NCBI RefSeq assembly: GCF_009914755.1
Contig: NC_060941.1
From: the human T2T-CHM13v2.0 reference genome, Homo sapiens
Direction: 5' to 3' (one strand)
Length of the DNA: 64,000 nucleotides
Of this stretch, positions 16,926-43,455 are shown in pieces. A program made the position numbers and the translations under genes. Positions within the stretch are counted from its first letter, which is position 1, and every line of letters starts with the position of its first letter. The notes under the pieces are model-generated. The model was not told the origin of the DNA, ran no database searches, and saw only the letters and a list, made by a program, of their open reading frames with translations.

Positions 16926-18614
16926 AAGAAGGAAAACATTTGGGCATGGTGGCTCACGCCTGTAATCCCAGCATTATGGGAGACCGAGGTGGGCGGATCA
17001 CTTGAGTCCAGGAGTTTGAGACCAACCCGGACAACACAGATGAGACCCTGGGCTCTATAAAAAAATTAAACAATTAGCCAGGCCTGGTGGCACATACCTG
17101 TAGTCCTAGCTACTCATGAGACTAAAGCAGGAAGACTGCTTGAGCCCAGGAGTTTGAGATCACAGTTAGCTATGATCGAGTCACTGCACTCCAGCCTGGG
17201 TAACAGAGACCCTGTCTCAAAAATAAAAAAAAATAAAGAAAAAGGAAAACAGAAACAATCAATAAAGAAAAGTTATAAAGGGTTCAATGTATTGCAAGTT
17301 CTTTTTCCTAATCACTGGCCTCAGCAGTCCAGGACTTTCTTGTTTAGGGTCAAGGGTTAGATTCCTGCTTTTCTCTTTTAGTCTGAAGGGCAGTAAGTGT
17401 GGACTTCTTACTATTCCAATAGTTCTCAACCCTAGGGTATAATTTGAATTTTTGTAGAATGTTGAAACAGATGTATCAAAATGGCATTTTAGAGCTTGTC
17501 CTTAGACCTCTCTAATACAAATGCCAGATGCCTCAGAGGTATCCTCCTAAACATTAATCCGATTTTGGTCACTTCCTGTTTTAAAAACTCAACTGACACG
17601 GCTGGGCGCAGTGGCTCACGCCTGTAATCCCAGCACTTTGGGAGGCTGAGGCGGGAGGATCACAAGGTCAGGAGTTTGAGACCAGCCTGACCAACATGGT
17701 GAAACGCCATCTCTACTTAAAATTAGCCGGGCGTGGTGGTGCACGCCTGTAGTCCCAGCTACTCAGAGGCTGAGGCAGGAGAATCGTTGAACCCGGGAGG
17801 CGGAGGTTGCAGTGAGCAGAGATCACGCCACTGCACTGACGCCTGGGCGACAGAGCGAGACACTGCCTCAAAAAAACAAAACAAAACAAAACAAAAACTC
17901 CACTGACAAAGTCCTCAACTTTTTCTCTGTTGCAACAATTAGGGGATGAGAAGAATGTCATTCACAGAAAGCTGACCTCACAGGCAGACACGGGCAGTTC
18001 AAGGTAGGTTTTCCTTTTGCACTCACGACACTTAAGAAGGCTGAGCTATTACTACAGGGATAATCTTAAACACGCTCTACTTATTTAAAGCAGCAAACAG
18101 TATACTTTGCAAACACTTGGAACCTGAAGTATTAGCAGCAACATGTCACTTGGCTGATCCTGACACTGAACACTGCTGACCTCTTGGACAGTCCACATCC
18201 CCATGGAATGTCCCATAGCTCGCTCTTTCCTTTCTCTTTTGAGACAGAGTCCTGTCTTACCCAAGCTGGAGTGCAGTGGCACGATCTCAGCTCACTGACT
18301 CACTGCAACATCTGCCTCCCAGGTTCAAGAGATTCTCCTGCCTCAGCCTCCTGAGTAGCTGGGATTACAGGCGCCCACCACCCGCCCAGCTGATTTTTGT
18401 ATTTTTAGTAGAGACGGGGTTTCACCATGTTGGCCAGGCTGGTTTCGAACTCCTGACCTCAAGTGATCCGTCTGCCTTGGCCTCCCAAAGTGCTGGGATT
18501 ACAGGCGTGAACCACCATGCCTGGCCCCATAGCTCTTTCTTGTCAATCAACACTATCCCATATGGTCACCTGTGATCAGTGAAATGACTCAGGAGAAAGG
18601 GCGAGTTCAGTTAG

Positions 18615-18824
<210 letters not shown>

Positions 18825-18919
18825 TGAACTCCAGACCTCATGATCCGCCTGCCTCAGCCTCCCAAAGTGTTGGGATTACAGGCATGAGCCACTGTGCCTG
18901 GCCTAGTACATTTTTTTGA

Positions 18920-19027
<108 letters not shown>

Positions 19028-19354
19028 TAGCTGGGACTACAGATGCATGCTACTACACCCGGCTAATTTTTATCCCTGTATTTTTAGTAGAGACAGGGTT
19101 CCACTGTGTCGGCCACGCTGGTCTTGAACTCTTGACCTCAGGTGATCCGCCCGCCTTGACCTCCCAAAGTGCTGAGATTACAGGCAATGAGCGCCCGGTC
19201 CGACTTTAGGTAGATATTAATGTGCTTCCAATTCAACCAATAGCAGCATGACATGATTTTAGTGTTCTATGGAAGAAGCAGAGATGAAGGTCTAGTCCTC
19301 CAGTAAGAAGCCCTCCGGATCCTGTCCTCTCATACCAGGTATCCTGATACTCAC

Positions 19355-19444
19355 CTCATACTGACCCAGGTGGAAGAGGGCTGCCGAGCGGTTAGCATGA
19401 CACAGTGACATGTCCTCAGTGTTAGGCCTTGAATGTGACACTCC
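19355..19444 (-). CDS. SMYD4: SMYD4 coding exon 4 (90 nt; TPR)
   Basis: Acceptor ttgcag|GGA and donor GAG|gtgagt. Translates GVSHSRPNTEDMSLCHANRSAALFHLGQYE (TPR-like NRSAALF); phase 0/0. Confidence 0.95.
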
Positions 19445-20236
19445 CTGCAAAACAATGAACTGGTTAAAAGTATAAATGGACACCAGCATCTCTGAAGAAC
19501 ATTTTTCAGATATTCCGGGCTCTAGTACTGAAGACTGTGTGAAACTGGGAAAGTTACTGAACCTCTTTGTGCTTCAGCTTATCTTTTAACTACCTGAGAG
19601 CAAAGCTGTGAAGAGCAAGTGAGGACATCAGTATTAAAAGCACTTTGTCAGATACAGCTTCAACCACAAACAATACTGAAGGTGGATAAAAAACTGAGGG
19701 ACATACCTGCAAGCATAATATCCTACAACCTGAATATAACAAAGGGTGGGTGGCACAAATAGAAATTCACAAAAGAAGAAACACAAATAGTTATAGAAAA
19801 CAAATGATTAATTCACATATGGATAGCCAAATAGATGAAAATGAACGCAAAAAAGGGATACTAGGCTGGGTGCAGTGGCTCACGTCTGTAATTCCAGCAC
19901 TTTGGGAGGCTGAGGCATGTGGATCACTTGAGGCCAGGAGTTCGAGACCAGCCTGACCAATATGGCAAAACCCCGTCTCTACTAAAAATACAAAAAAATA
20001 GCAGGGCATGGTAATGTGCGCCTGTAATCCCAGCTACTTGGGAGGCTGAGGCATGAGAATGGCTTGAACCTGGGAGGTGGAGGTTAGGTTGCAGTGAGCT
20101 GAGATAGTGCCTGAGTGACAGAGTTGGACTGTCACAAACAAACAAAAAAGAATACTTTTTTCTACCATCAAATTGGCAAGGATTAATAATAACCATAAAT
20201 ATGGTACTCAAGTAAATGTAGGAAAGATGGTGATTA

Positions 20237-20551
<315 letters not shown>

Positions 20552-20929
20552 TTAATAATAAAATAATAATATATATATATATGTATAAGTAGGTAGACAA
20601 TGAGCAAAATAAAGTGATGAATCTTTCATTGGATAAATTCCAAATACATCAAATTCTTTTTTTTTTTTTTGAGACGGAGTCTCGCTCTGTCGCCCAGGCT
20701 GGAGTGCAGTGGCTCGATCTCGGCTCACTGCAACCTCCAACTCCCGGGTTCGCGCCATTCTCCTGCCTCAGCGCCCCCGAGTAGCTGGGACTACAGGCGC
20801 CCGCCACCACGCCTGGCCAATTTTTTGTATTTTTTAGTAGAGATGGGGTTTCACCGTGTTAGCCAGGATGGTCTCGATCTCGTGACCTCGTGATCCGCTC
20901 GCCTCGGCCTCCCAACAAATACATGAAAT

Positions 20930-23300
<2,371 letters not shown>

Positions 23301-24069
23301 TAAAAAGAAAGAAAATAGCAGCTTTCTAGAAAATTGCAGAGTACCATAATCACCAACATACTGGCTTCATGAAATAGGAAGGCTCATCTCCCTCCACATT
23401 CAGAGCAAACCTTAATTTTTTCTCTGGCTTCAGTTTTTATTTTCCCTGTTTTCCTTGAAGAACTTCCCATGTGATCACATTTATGATGCACATACATAAA
23501 GTTGAAGAGATTAGCTCTGAAAAAAGAACTATTAAGCCATTTATCACTGGATCATTACACCTAATGGACTTTAATCCCTCAGCAACCACTAAAGCTTACA
23601 TTATTTAGCTAAATACTTTATTACAACACTACAAAGCAGGGATTTTATCAGCTGTAGAAGCTGCTGTTGTAGGTGTGATCGTTTTTGGAAAATTAATCCC
23701 AAACTTCAAGCACGTTCAAGCATAAACCTGTTAAAGATTCAGAGTAGGATGTACACCCTTCAAATGAAAAACAAATTTTGTTTTTAACAGAGACAGGGCC
23801 TCGCTGTGTTGCCTAGGCCTGTCTTGAACTCCTGGGCTCAGGCAATCCTCCCGCCTCGGTCTCCCAAAGTGTTGGAATTACACGAGTGAGCCACTGTGCC
23901 CAGCCTACCCTTCAAATTTAAACTTATTCTTTTAATATCCAAGGTCACAGAACTGGTGCAAGAGATTGTCATACTCCTGCTTTAAGCCCATATAAGTATC
24001 TTAAAAGCTACGGAAGGAAGTTGCTCAGGGGATCTTGTTCCAGTTCTTACTATGAAAGCAGGACAATAA

Positions 24070-24232
<163 letters not shown>

Positions 24233-24336
24233 TAGCTGAGATTACAGGCGCCCGCCACCACGCCCAGCTAATTTTTTTGTATTTTTAGTAGAGACGGGGT
24301 TTCACCATGTTGGTCAGGCTGGTCTCAAACCCCTGA

Positions 24337-24529
<193 letters not shown>

Positions 24530-25286
24530 TAGGTGGGACTACAGGCGCCCGCCACCGTGCCCGGCTAATTTTTTGTATTTTTAGTAGAGATGGGGTTTCA
24601 CCATGTTAGCCAGGACGGTCTCAATCTCCTGATCCGCCCACCTCGGCCTCCCAAAATGCTGGGATTACAGGTGTGAGCCACTGTGTCCGGCCCATTTATA
24701 CGTTATTTTACAGATGGGGTCTTGCTATGTTGCCCAGGCTGGTCTTGAACTCCTGGGCTTAAACAATCCTCCTGCCTCAGCCTCCCAAAGGGCTGGGATT
24801 ACAAGTGTGAGCCACTGTGCCCAGCCAAGAATAATAGATTACTAATTCTATCAAGCTAACAGTCTCATCAGACATTCAGACAAAAATGGCATGTAGTTCA
24901 ACAAGGGCTGACAGACATGGGCAAGGCAGGCGAGGGGCCCATAAGCTTACTGCTACAGGGTATCGGAAGGAATATGGAAATAGAAGTTTCTTGAAGAAAT
25001 TCAGAACACATAAATTACTTTTTTTTTTTTGAGTCAGGGTCTCACTCTGTCACCCAGGGTAGTGCAGAGACCAGCCTGGCCAACATGGCGAAAACCCATC
25101 TCTACTAAAAATACAAAAATTAGCTGGGCGTGGTGCCGCATACCTGTAATCCCAGCTACTCAGGAGACTAAGGTGGGAGGATCGCTTGAACCCGGGAGGC
25201 AAATGTTGCAGTGATCACAGCTCACTGAAGCCTGGAACTCCCGGGCTCAGTGACCCTCCTGCCTCAGCCTCCTGACTGGCTGGGAC

Positions 25287-26040
25287 TGATATGGGAGGGG
25301 GGCAGGGAACTGCTGTGTAGAGAAAGGCGGGTCCCTGGGTAGGGCTTCACCCTTGGGCCTGTGTCCACTGACCCAGGTGAGGACAAGCACTCCCGCCTTC
25401 GCGCCCAAATGTTGCATTTTCCAAGACCACCCTGGTTTGCCACGCCCCCCAGCCTGGGCCTATAAAAACCCAAGACCCTAGCAGGCAGACACATAAGCAG
25501 CTGGATGTTGTCAGGAGTATGCCGGCGGAAGAGCAGCCGACAGGCATCGGCATGCCATCGACCAGTGCAGAAGGACACGGACTTTGGCCAGAGCAGCTGG
25601 TAAAGAGGTGGGCCTCTGAGTGGCCTGACTCCAGGGGAAAACCATCTCCCTTCTGGCTCCCAACCTGCTGAGAGCTACTTCTACTCAATAAAACCTTGCA
25701 CTCATTCTTAAAGCCCACGTGTGATCCGATTCTTCCAGCACACCAAGGCAAGAACCCGGGATACAGGAAGCCCTCTGTCCTTGCGACAAGGTGGAGAGTT
25801 TAACTGAGCTGGTTAACACAAGCCGCGTATAGACAGCAAACTAAAAGAGCACCCTGTAACACACGCCCACTGGGGCTTCAACTGTAAACATTCATCCCTA
25901 GACACTGCCCTGGGGTCGGAGCCCCGCAGCCTGCCCATCTATATGCTCCCCTAGAGGTTTGAGTAGCAGGGCACGGAGGAAGCGAGCCACACCTCCATCG
26001 CACGCCCTGCGAGGGGAACAAGGGAACTTTTTCCGTTTCA
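25287..26040 (+). mobile_element. ERV1-class solo LTR (LTR1/LTR27/LTR28-like group), 754 bp
   Basis: TG...CA termini (TGAT.../...TTCA), 4 bp TSD GGAC (25283-25286 and 26041-26044), TATAAAAA at 25461 and AATAAA at 25687. Splits an antisense Alu that resumes at 26041. Subfamily from memory only. Confidence 0.85.
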
Positions 26041-26235
26041 GGACCACAGATGCATGCCACCACTAGTCAGGCTAATTTAAAAAAAATTTGTGTGTGTGGA
26101 GAAGGGGTCTCCCTATATTGTCCAGGCTGGTCTTGAACCCCTGGCCTCAAGTGATCCTCCCGACTCAGCCTCCCAAAGGGCTGGGATTACGGGTGTGAAC
26201 CACTGTGCTGGGCCTAAAAACTACCTTTTGTTTCA

Positions 26236-26847
<612 letters not shown>

Positions 26848-27007
26848 CTGCATGAAGAAAGGAGGAAACAAAATAAGCAGAAATGTGTTATTTCAAGGAA
26901 AGCTCTAAACCATTGCCCTCAAAACAAGAAAGTGGGCCCGCAAAACATTTCACACACATGAGGATATGTACATTGTGCAATGTGATTAGAGGAAAGAAAT
27001 CTCATAG

Positions 27008-27142
<135 letters not shown>

Positions 27143-27301
27143 TGAGTAGCTGGCACTAATTGGGAGGATGTGTGCCACCAGGCCTGGCTAATGTTTGTAC
27201 TTTTAGTAGAGGTGGGGTTTTGCCATGTTGCCCAGGCTGGTCTTGAACTCCTGGGCTCAAATGATCAGCAGAATTTCTTTTTTTTTTTTTTTTTTTTTTG
27301 A

Positions 27302-27403
<102 letters not shown>

Positions 27404-27671
27404 TGAATAGGTGGGATTACAGGCGCCCATCACCAGGCCCAGCTAATTTTTGTATTTTTAGTAGAGAAAGCATTTCACCATGTTAGCCAGGCTGGTCTCG
27501 AACTCCTGACCTCAAATGGTCCACCTGCCTCACCCTCCCAAAGTGCTGGGAATACAGGCGTGAGCCACCGCACCTGGCCAGAATTTCTATTTAGAGGACT
27601 GAAGGCTAATTTTTTATTCTTTATCTCATAATTATTGGCCAACGAACCATCCCTCGGATCATACATCATAA

Positions 27672-27980
<309 letters not shown>

Positions 27981-29783
27981 TGAGTCTGGAAAATGAGACT
28001 AATATATGGTGTCTTTTGAATCAAGGAGTATTCTCCACTTCAACTGCTGAAAATACTTGAGTGGCTGACAGAAGAGAGATAATGAGAATGAATCATAAAG
28101 TAAATGTAGTAAAACGTTAACACTTGCGAAATTTGGAAGAATTCACCAATTCTTTGTACTTTTTTTTTTGGAGACAGAGTCTCACTTTGTTGCCCAGGCT
28201 GTAGTGCAGCACTGGCACGATCTCGGCTCACTGCAACCTCCGCCTCCTGGGTGCAAGTGATTCTTGTGCCTCAGCCTCAGGAGTAGCTAGGAGTGTGAGC
28301 CACCACGCCCAGCTAATTTTTTGTATATTTAGTAGCGATGGGGTCTCATCATGTTGCCGAGGCCGGTCTTGAACTTCTGAGCTCAGGCAATCTGCCCACT
28401 TTGGCCTCCCAAAGTGCTAGATCACAGGTGTGAGCCACTGTGCCTGGCCTCTTTATACTATTTTTGCAAGTAAGTCTGAAATTATTTCAAACTAAGAAGT
28501 TTAAGAAATAAATATACAAATGCTCTACAAAATTAATAAAGCTGAACTAATACATATAGAGACATATACACATACTAACAAAAAATATACCTATTTTCCA
28601 ATAAAAAGAAATAATATAGAATAACCTAGACTATTCTCTTTGACTATAATGCCATACAGTAAAATATGAATAACAAAAGTAGAAACACAAATGACATGGA
28701 AACTAAAAATTCTCTTAAGTAACTCTTGAATCAAAGAAGAAATCACAGAGCTGCAGAATGGCCAGGTGCGGTGGCTCACGCCTATAATTCCAGCACTTTG
28801 GGAGGCCAAAGAGGGAAGATTGCCTGAGCTCAGGAGGCTAGCCTGGGCAACATGGGAAGACCCTGTCTCTACAAAAAATACAAAAATTAGCTGGGTGCGG
28901 TGGCATATGCCTGTAGTCCCAGCTACTCGGGAGGCTGAGGTGGGAGGACTGCCTGAGCCCAGGAAGTCAAGGCTGCAGTGAGCCAGGAGGGCCCCACTGC
29001 ATTCAAGCCTGGGTGACAGGGCAAGGCCCTGTCTCAAAAAAACAAAAAACAACAACAAAAAGCCCTGGAGAATGTTTACAAGTAAGTTAAAAATTTTTGT
29101 TTACAAAGACCCACAATAAGGAACACCTTTCGCATTGTGACTCAGTATAATGCTTTTGTGTTTGAATCTATTAACATTTTATAAAACATTATCTTTGCTA
29201 TGAGGTAAAAACAAAGTTAGTATCAAATATGATTTTATTAATATTTAAATACAACACAGACAAGTCACAAATAGGGCTGGGTGCAGTGGCTTATACCTGT
29301 AATCCCAGCACTCTGGGAGGCCGAGGTGGGCAGGTCACCTGGTCCACGAGTTTGCGACCAGCCTGGGCAACATAGTGGAACCCACCTCCACAAAAAATAC
29401 AAAAATTAGCCGGGCGTGGTGGCAAGCACTTGTAGTCTCAGCTATTGGGAGGCCGAGGCACGAGAATCGCTTGAGCCTGGGAGGCGAAGGTTGCAGTGAG
29501 CTGAGATCGCACCATCACACTCCAACCTGGGTCAAATAATACAAAAAAGAAAAACTAGGAAAGATTTTATTTAATTTAAGAGGTGTGCTTGCCTGTTCTA
29601 CATTTACTCCAGTCCAGAAAATATGAAGGCAATACCCTATGCCTGTCTGGTACACCGCAGAGCTTGTTCTTTTTTCTGTTTTTGTTTTAAATTAGGTTAA
29701 ACCTAAAAACCCTAGTTCAAACAAAAGGTTTGTGGTAAACAGTAATAATAGCAAAATTCTTCTTGCCTAACAATAGATTATGA

Positions 29784-29958
<175 letters not shown>

Positions 29959-30415
29959 TAATTTTTGTATTTTTAGTAGAGACGGGGTTTCACCATGTTG
30001 ATCAGGCAGGTCTCCAACTCCTAACCTCATGATCCACCCGCCTTGGCCTCCCAAAGTGCTGGGATTACAGGTGTTGAGTCACTGTGCCCAGAATACTTTT
30101 TTGATTTTTTAGTAGAGATGATGTCTCAATACCTTGCCCAGGCTGTTCTCAAACTCCTGAGCTCAAGTGATTTTCCTGCCTTGGCCTCCCAAAGTGTTAG
30201 GATTACAGGTGTGAGTCACTGCATCCAGCCGATTCTTTTTTTTTTTTTTTAATGTCTTCTGGAATATTATGATAAAAAAATTGAGGCTGAGGTGGGAGGA
30301 TCGCTTGAGCCCAGAAGGTCAGGGCTACAGTGAGCTACGATCACACCACTGCACTCCAGCCCAGTCAGCACAGCAAGACCCTGCCTTAAAAAAAAAAAAA
30401 AAATTGAGGTAGTAA

Positions 30416-35350
<4,935 letters not shown>

Positions 35351-36374
35351 TGAATCAGCACAAAATAAAAACAAACAATAAGCCTGTGAATGTGGATAGT
35401 GAAGCTATTAAGAATTTCCTACAACACTCTGGGAGATTATTAATTGCAGGAGTGGAGAGGTAGGGGTGGACAGTGGGAGGTCGTGTGTCTCAAAAGGTTT
35501 TCAATAGATGAAAGGCATCTCTTGTGGGAAAACATTCCTCAAAGAATGTCTATTGGCAAGAAAGAAAAGTGTGTGCTTGGCTTTAAACTTTAAAGGGCCA
35601 GTTCCTATTTTTACCTAACAGGCATGCATGTGGAGATCAGAAGTTTAAATCTTTTTTGGTTACTTTAGATTGTGATGGAACAGAATTACAAATAGCTCTT
35701 TGAGCTAACTTGTTTTTAAGGAGAGAGGTCTGGGTATGAATTAGTGAGAGACATACAGAGCAAACAAAAATGGAGGTGATTTATTAACCCCAGGGGAAAC
35801 GAGAGCAGTACAAGAAAGGAAATGTAATTCAAAGCATCCTTCACGGTTCATGTGAACAAGACTCACACAGACATAAGAATGTATGCATTGAATGTTGGTT
35901 CAATCAATTTAATACTCTATTGGTTATATAACAGTTATCATGAGGGAATGAGGGAAAAACAAAGTATAGGCCGGGCAAGGGGGTTCACGCCTGTCATCCC
36001 AGCACTTTGGGAGGCCGAGGAGGGTGGATCACATGAGGTTAGGAGTTTGAGACCAGCCTGACCAATATGGAGAAGTCCCGTCTCTACTAAAAATACAAAA
36101 TTAGCTGGGCGCGGTGGTGCATGCCTGTAATCCCAGCTACTCGGGAGGTGGAGGCAGGAGAATTGCTTCAACCCAGGAGGCGGAGGCTGCTGTGAGCCAA
36201 GACGGCACTATTGCACTCCAGGCTGGGTGACAAGAGCGAAACTCTGTCTCAAAAAAACAAAAACAAAAAACAAAGTATATACCTGTGAGTTGGGAAGAAG
36301 AGAGCAAAATTACATCTAAAATTATACAAACTCAAGAAAGAGCAGTATTTGCAATGTTTAGAAATAATAAATTA

Positions 36375-37007
<633 letters not shown>

Positions 37008-37381
37008 TTAATTTAAAGTAGCTGTCTCTGGGGAATAAGAATCAGGAATGGGGAAGAGTGGACAGGGAGTTGCTGTTTTTCCTGATAAGTTTTGAAGCAC
37101 TATTTGATTTCTTAAAGTATGTATGCATATTATTCTGATAAAAAATTAAACTAAGGAAGGAAAATATTTTCACTAAGGCATCTGGTCTACATAGTTTTAC
37201 AGAATTTTTCTACTAGCCTTTAAGAAGCACATAATTCCTACATTATATAAGCTATTTCAGAGCACAGAAAAAGGCGGGAAGCTCTCCAATTCATTCTGAG
37301 GCTACCATAACCCACCATGGTATCAGCTGGGATTACAGGTGCCCGCCACCATGGCCAGTTAATTTTTTGTATTTTTAGTAG

Positions 37382-37585
<204 letters not shown>

Positions 37586-37887
37586 TAACAACAAAAACCT
37601 TACAAGAAGAATAAATCGAACATGAAATGTGTAAGACCTATATAAAGAAAACTATAAAACTTTACTTAAGGACATAGAAGAAGCCTTAAAGAAATGGACA
37701 TACCCTTTATTTGGATTAGGAAATTTAATATTGTAAAGATGTCAGGTCTCCTTAAGTGAATCTATAAATCCAACACATTCCCAATCAAAAGCCCAACAAC
37801 ATTTTTTATAGAACTTGAGAAGCTGGCCGGGCACGGTGGCTCACGCCTGTAATCCCAGCACTTTGGGAGGCTGAGGCGGGTGGATCA

Positions 37888-38775
<888 letters not shown>

Positions 38776-38781
38776 TTTCTA

Positions 38782-39875
<1,094 letters not shown>

Positions 39876-40885
39876 AGTAGGAATTTAATTTTAATAACTG
39901 AGGCATTTGCAAGCACTGGGGAAAGGATGCGTCATGCATTAAATGCTACAGAAAAATTGTCCACCTGGAAAAAAAGTGAGAATATTCCTTCACATAGTAC
40001 ACAAAATCAATTGGAGATGTATACATACATCATAACATAATGTTGTACCCCTTAAACGTATATTTTGTCAGTCATACCTCAATAAAGATGGAGGAAAAAG
40101 TGCAGAAGGATTAGAGAGCTAAAGGTAAAAAAATGTTAGCAGAAAACAATGAACATTTTTATCAACTCCCAAGTAGTTGGAATTACAGGCACATGTCATG
40201 TTGTCTGGCTTCATTTTTATACAGCCATATCTGTCATTTTCTTTCTTTTTTTTTTTTTTTTTGAGAAATAGTCTTGTTCTGTCACCCAGGCTGGAGTGCA
40301 GTGGCACAATCATGGCTCGCTGCAGCCTTGACCTCCCAGGTTCAAGTGATCCTCCCACCTCAGCCTCCTGAGTAGCTGGGACGACAGGCACATGCCACCA
40401 TGCTTGGCTAATTTTTAAAATTTGTTTATAGAGATGGAATCTCACTATGTTGCCCAGGCTCCTGGGCTCAAGCAATCCTCTCACCTTTGGCTCCCAAAGT
40501 GCTAGGTTTACAGGTATGAGCCACCGCACCCAACCTCATCTTCTTTTATAGCTTCTGGGTTGTGTCTTGCTTAGGATGGTTCACTCCACCATCCTAAGGA
40601 AGACAGGAGGATCGCTTGAGCCCAGGAGCTTGAGGTCAGCCTGAGCAACATACTGAGACCTTGTGTCTAAAAATAAATTTTAAATGAAATTTAAAAATTT
40701 GAAACATATATACACAATTTATATACAATGTAAATGTAAAACATTTACATTGTAAATAGGGTAAAAAAGATAAACAGATTGGGAATAATTTATACAACAA
40801 ATAGTAACTTACATAGCAAAGAACTATACAGCTAGATTTATGAAGATCTCCTACAAATGAACAAGAGAATAAAGACAACCTGCTA

Positions 40886-41343
<458 letters not shown>

Positions 41344-41532
41344 TCATTCAATTAATATACGAGCGCCTACTATGTGCCTGGCACAAAGATAAAGACATCA
41401 ACCTTGAACGTGAAAGGTGTGTGTTTCTGGATCTGCAAATATATAAGGTTCTGCTTTATACGTCATTTTAAGCACTAATAACAGCCAGTAACTAAACTAA
41501 GAACTTTATATACATTACCAAGTTGTCATTCA

Positions 41533-42159
<627 letters not shown>

Positions 42160-42588
42160 TTAGTCAAAAGAGCATACACATATATAAAGGAAAATCACAC
42201 AGCATTGTAAATGTACAAAGAGTGAAGATGGCCCAGCTGAGGCTCAGGGAGAGCTTTCCTGAGGAAAGATCTGGCTAATCCTGCAGGATGACAGAAGTGA
42301 ATTAGTTCACAGGACACGCTGGGATAGAAACGAACCAGGAAAAGTACTTCAGGCATTTTCCATCAAAAAGAGATGTTACCAGGCCAGACATGGTGGCTCA
42401 CGCCTGTACTCCCAGCACCTTGGGAGGCCAAGGTGGGAGGATTGCTTGAGCCCAGAAATTTGAGACCAGCCTGGGAAACAAGCAAGACTCAATCTTTATT
42501 TAAGAAAAAGACACATTACTTCAGAGCAAATGACAAAATAGAACATTTTTTGGCTCACAATTCCCTTGTTAAAGCTTGATTTACTTAC

Positions 42589-42722
42589 TGAAGAAGTGAA
42601 GAGGAGTGAAGAAAGATATCCCTCAAGGTCTCTGCTGTAGAAATTGTGACCTGAACAGACGTCGGGAGTGAAGCCCACTTTTGAAGCAGATATGATTTCC
42701 ACTCATCCACAGGCAGATCCAT
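42589..42722 (-). CDS. SMYD4: SMYD4 first coding exon (exon 2; whole exon 42589-42734 including 12 nt 5'UTR)
   Basis: ATG at 42722-42720 (context gcagcATGG). Translates MDLPVDEWKSYLLQKWASLPTSVQVTISTAETLRDIFLHSSSLL(Q). Acceptor ttttatag|ATC at 42735-42736 and donor CA|gtaagt at 42587-42588. Confidence 0.94.
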
Positions 42723-42859
42723 GCTGCTTTTGATCTATAAAATGAGTAAGAAAATAGGAATCTTACAAATGCACAATTTTAGAAAATCAAGAGTTCAGCC
42801 AGGTACGGTGGCTCACACCTGTAATCCCAGCACTTTGGGAAGCCGAGGTAGGTGGATCA

Positions 42860-43158
<299 letters not shown>

Positions 43159-43323
43159 CTAGTTTATATGCTAAGGAAGGATCTATATTTTCTCACAGCA
43201 ATTCACTCAACATCCTTCCATTCAGAAATATTTACTGAAAGACTACTTTGTCACAGGCACCATGCAGGTGATGGTTATACAAAGACGAAGCAGACTAGAT
43301 AGCTACCATCTGTGTCCTCTTAG

Positions 43324-43455
<132 letters not shown>

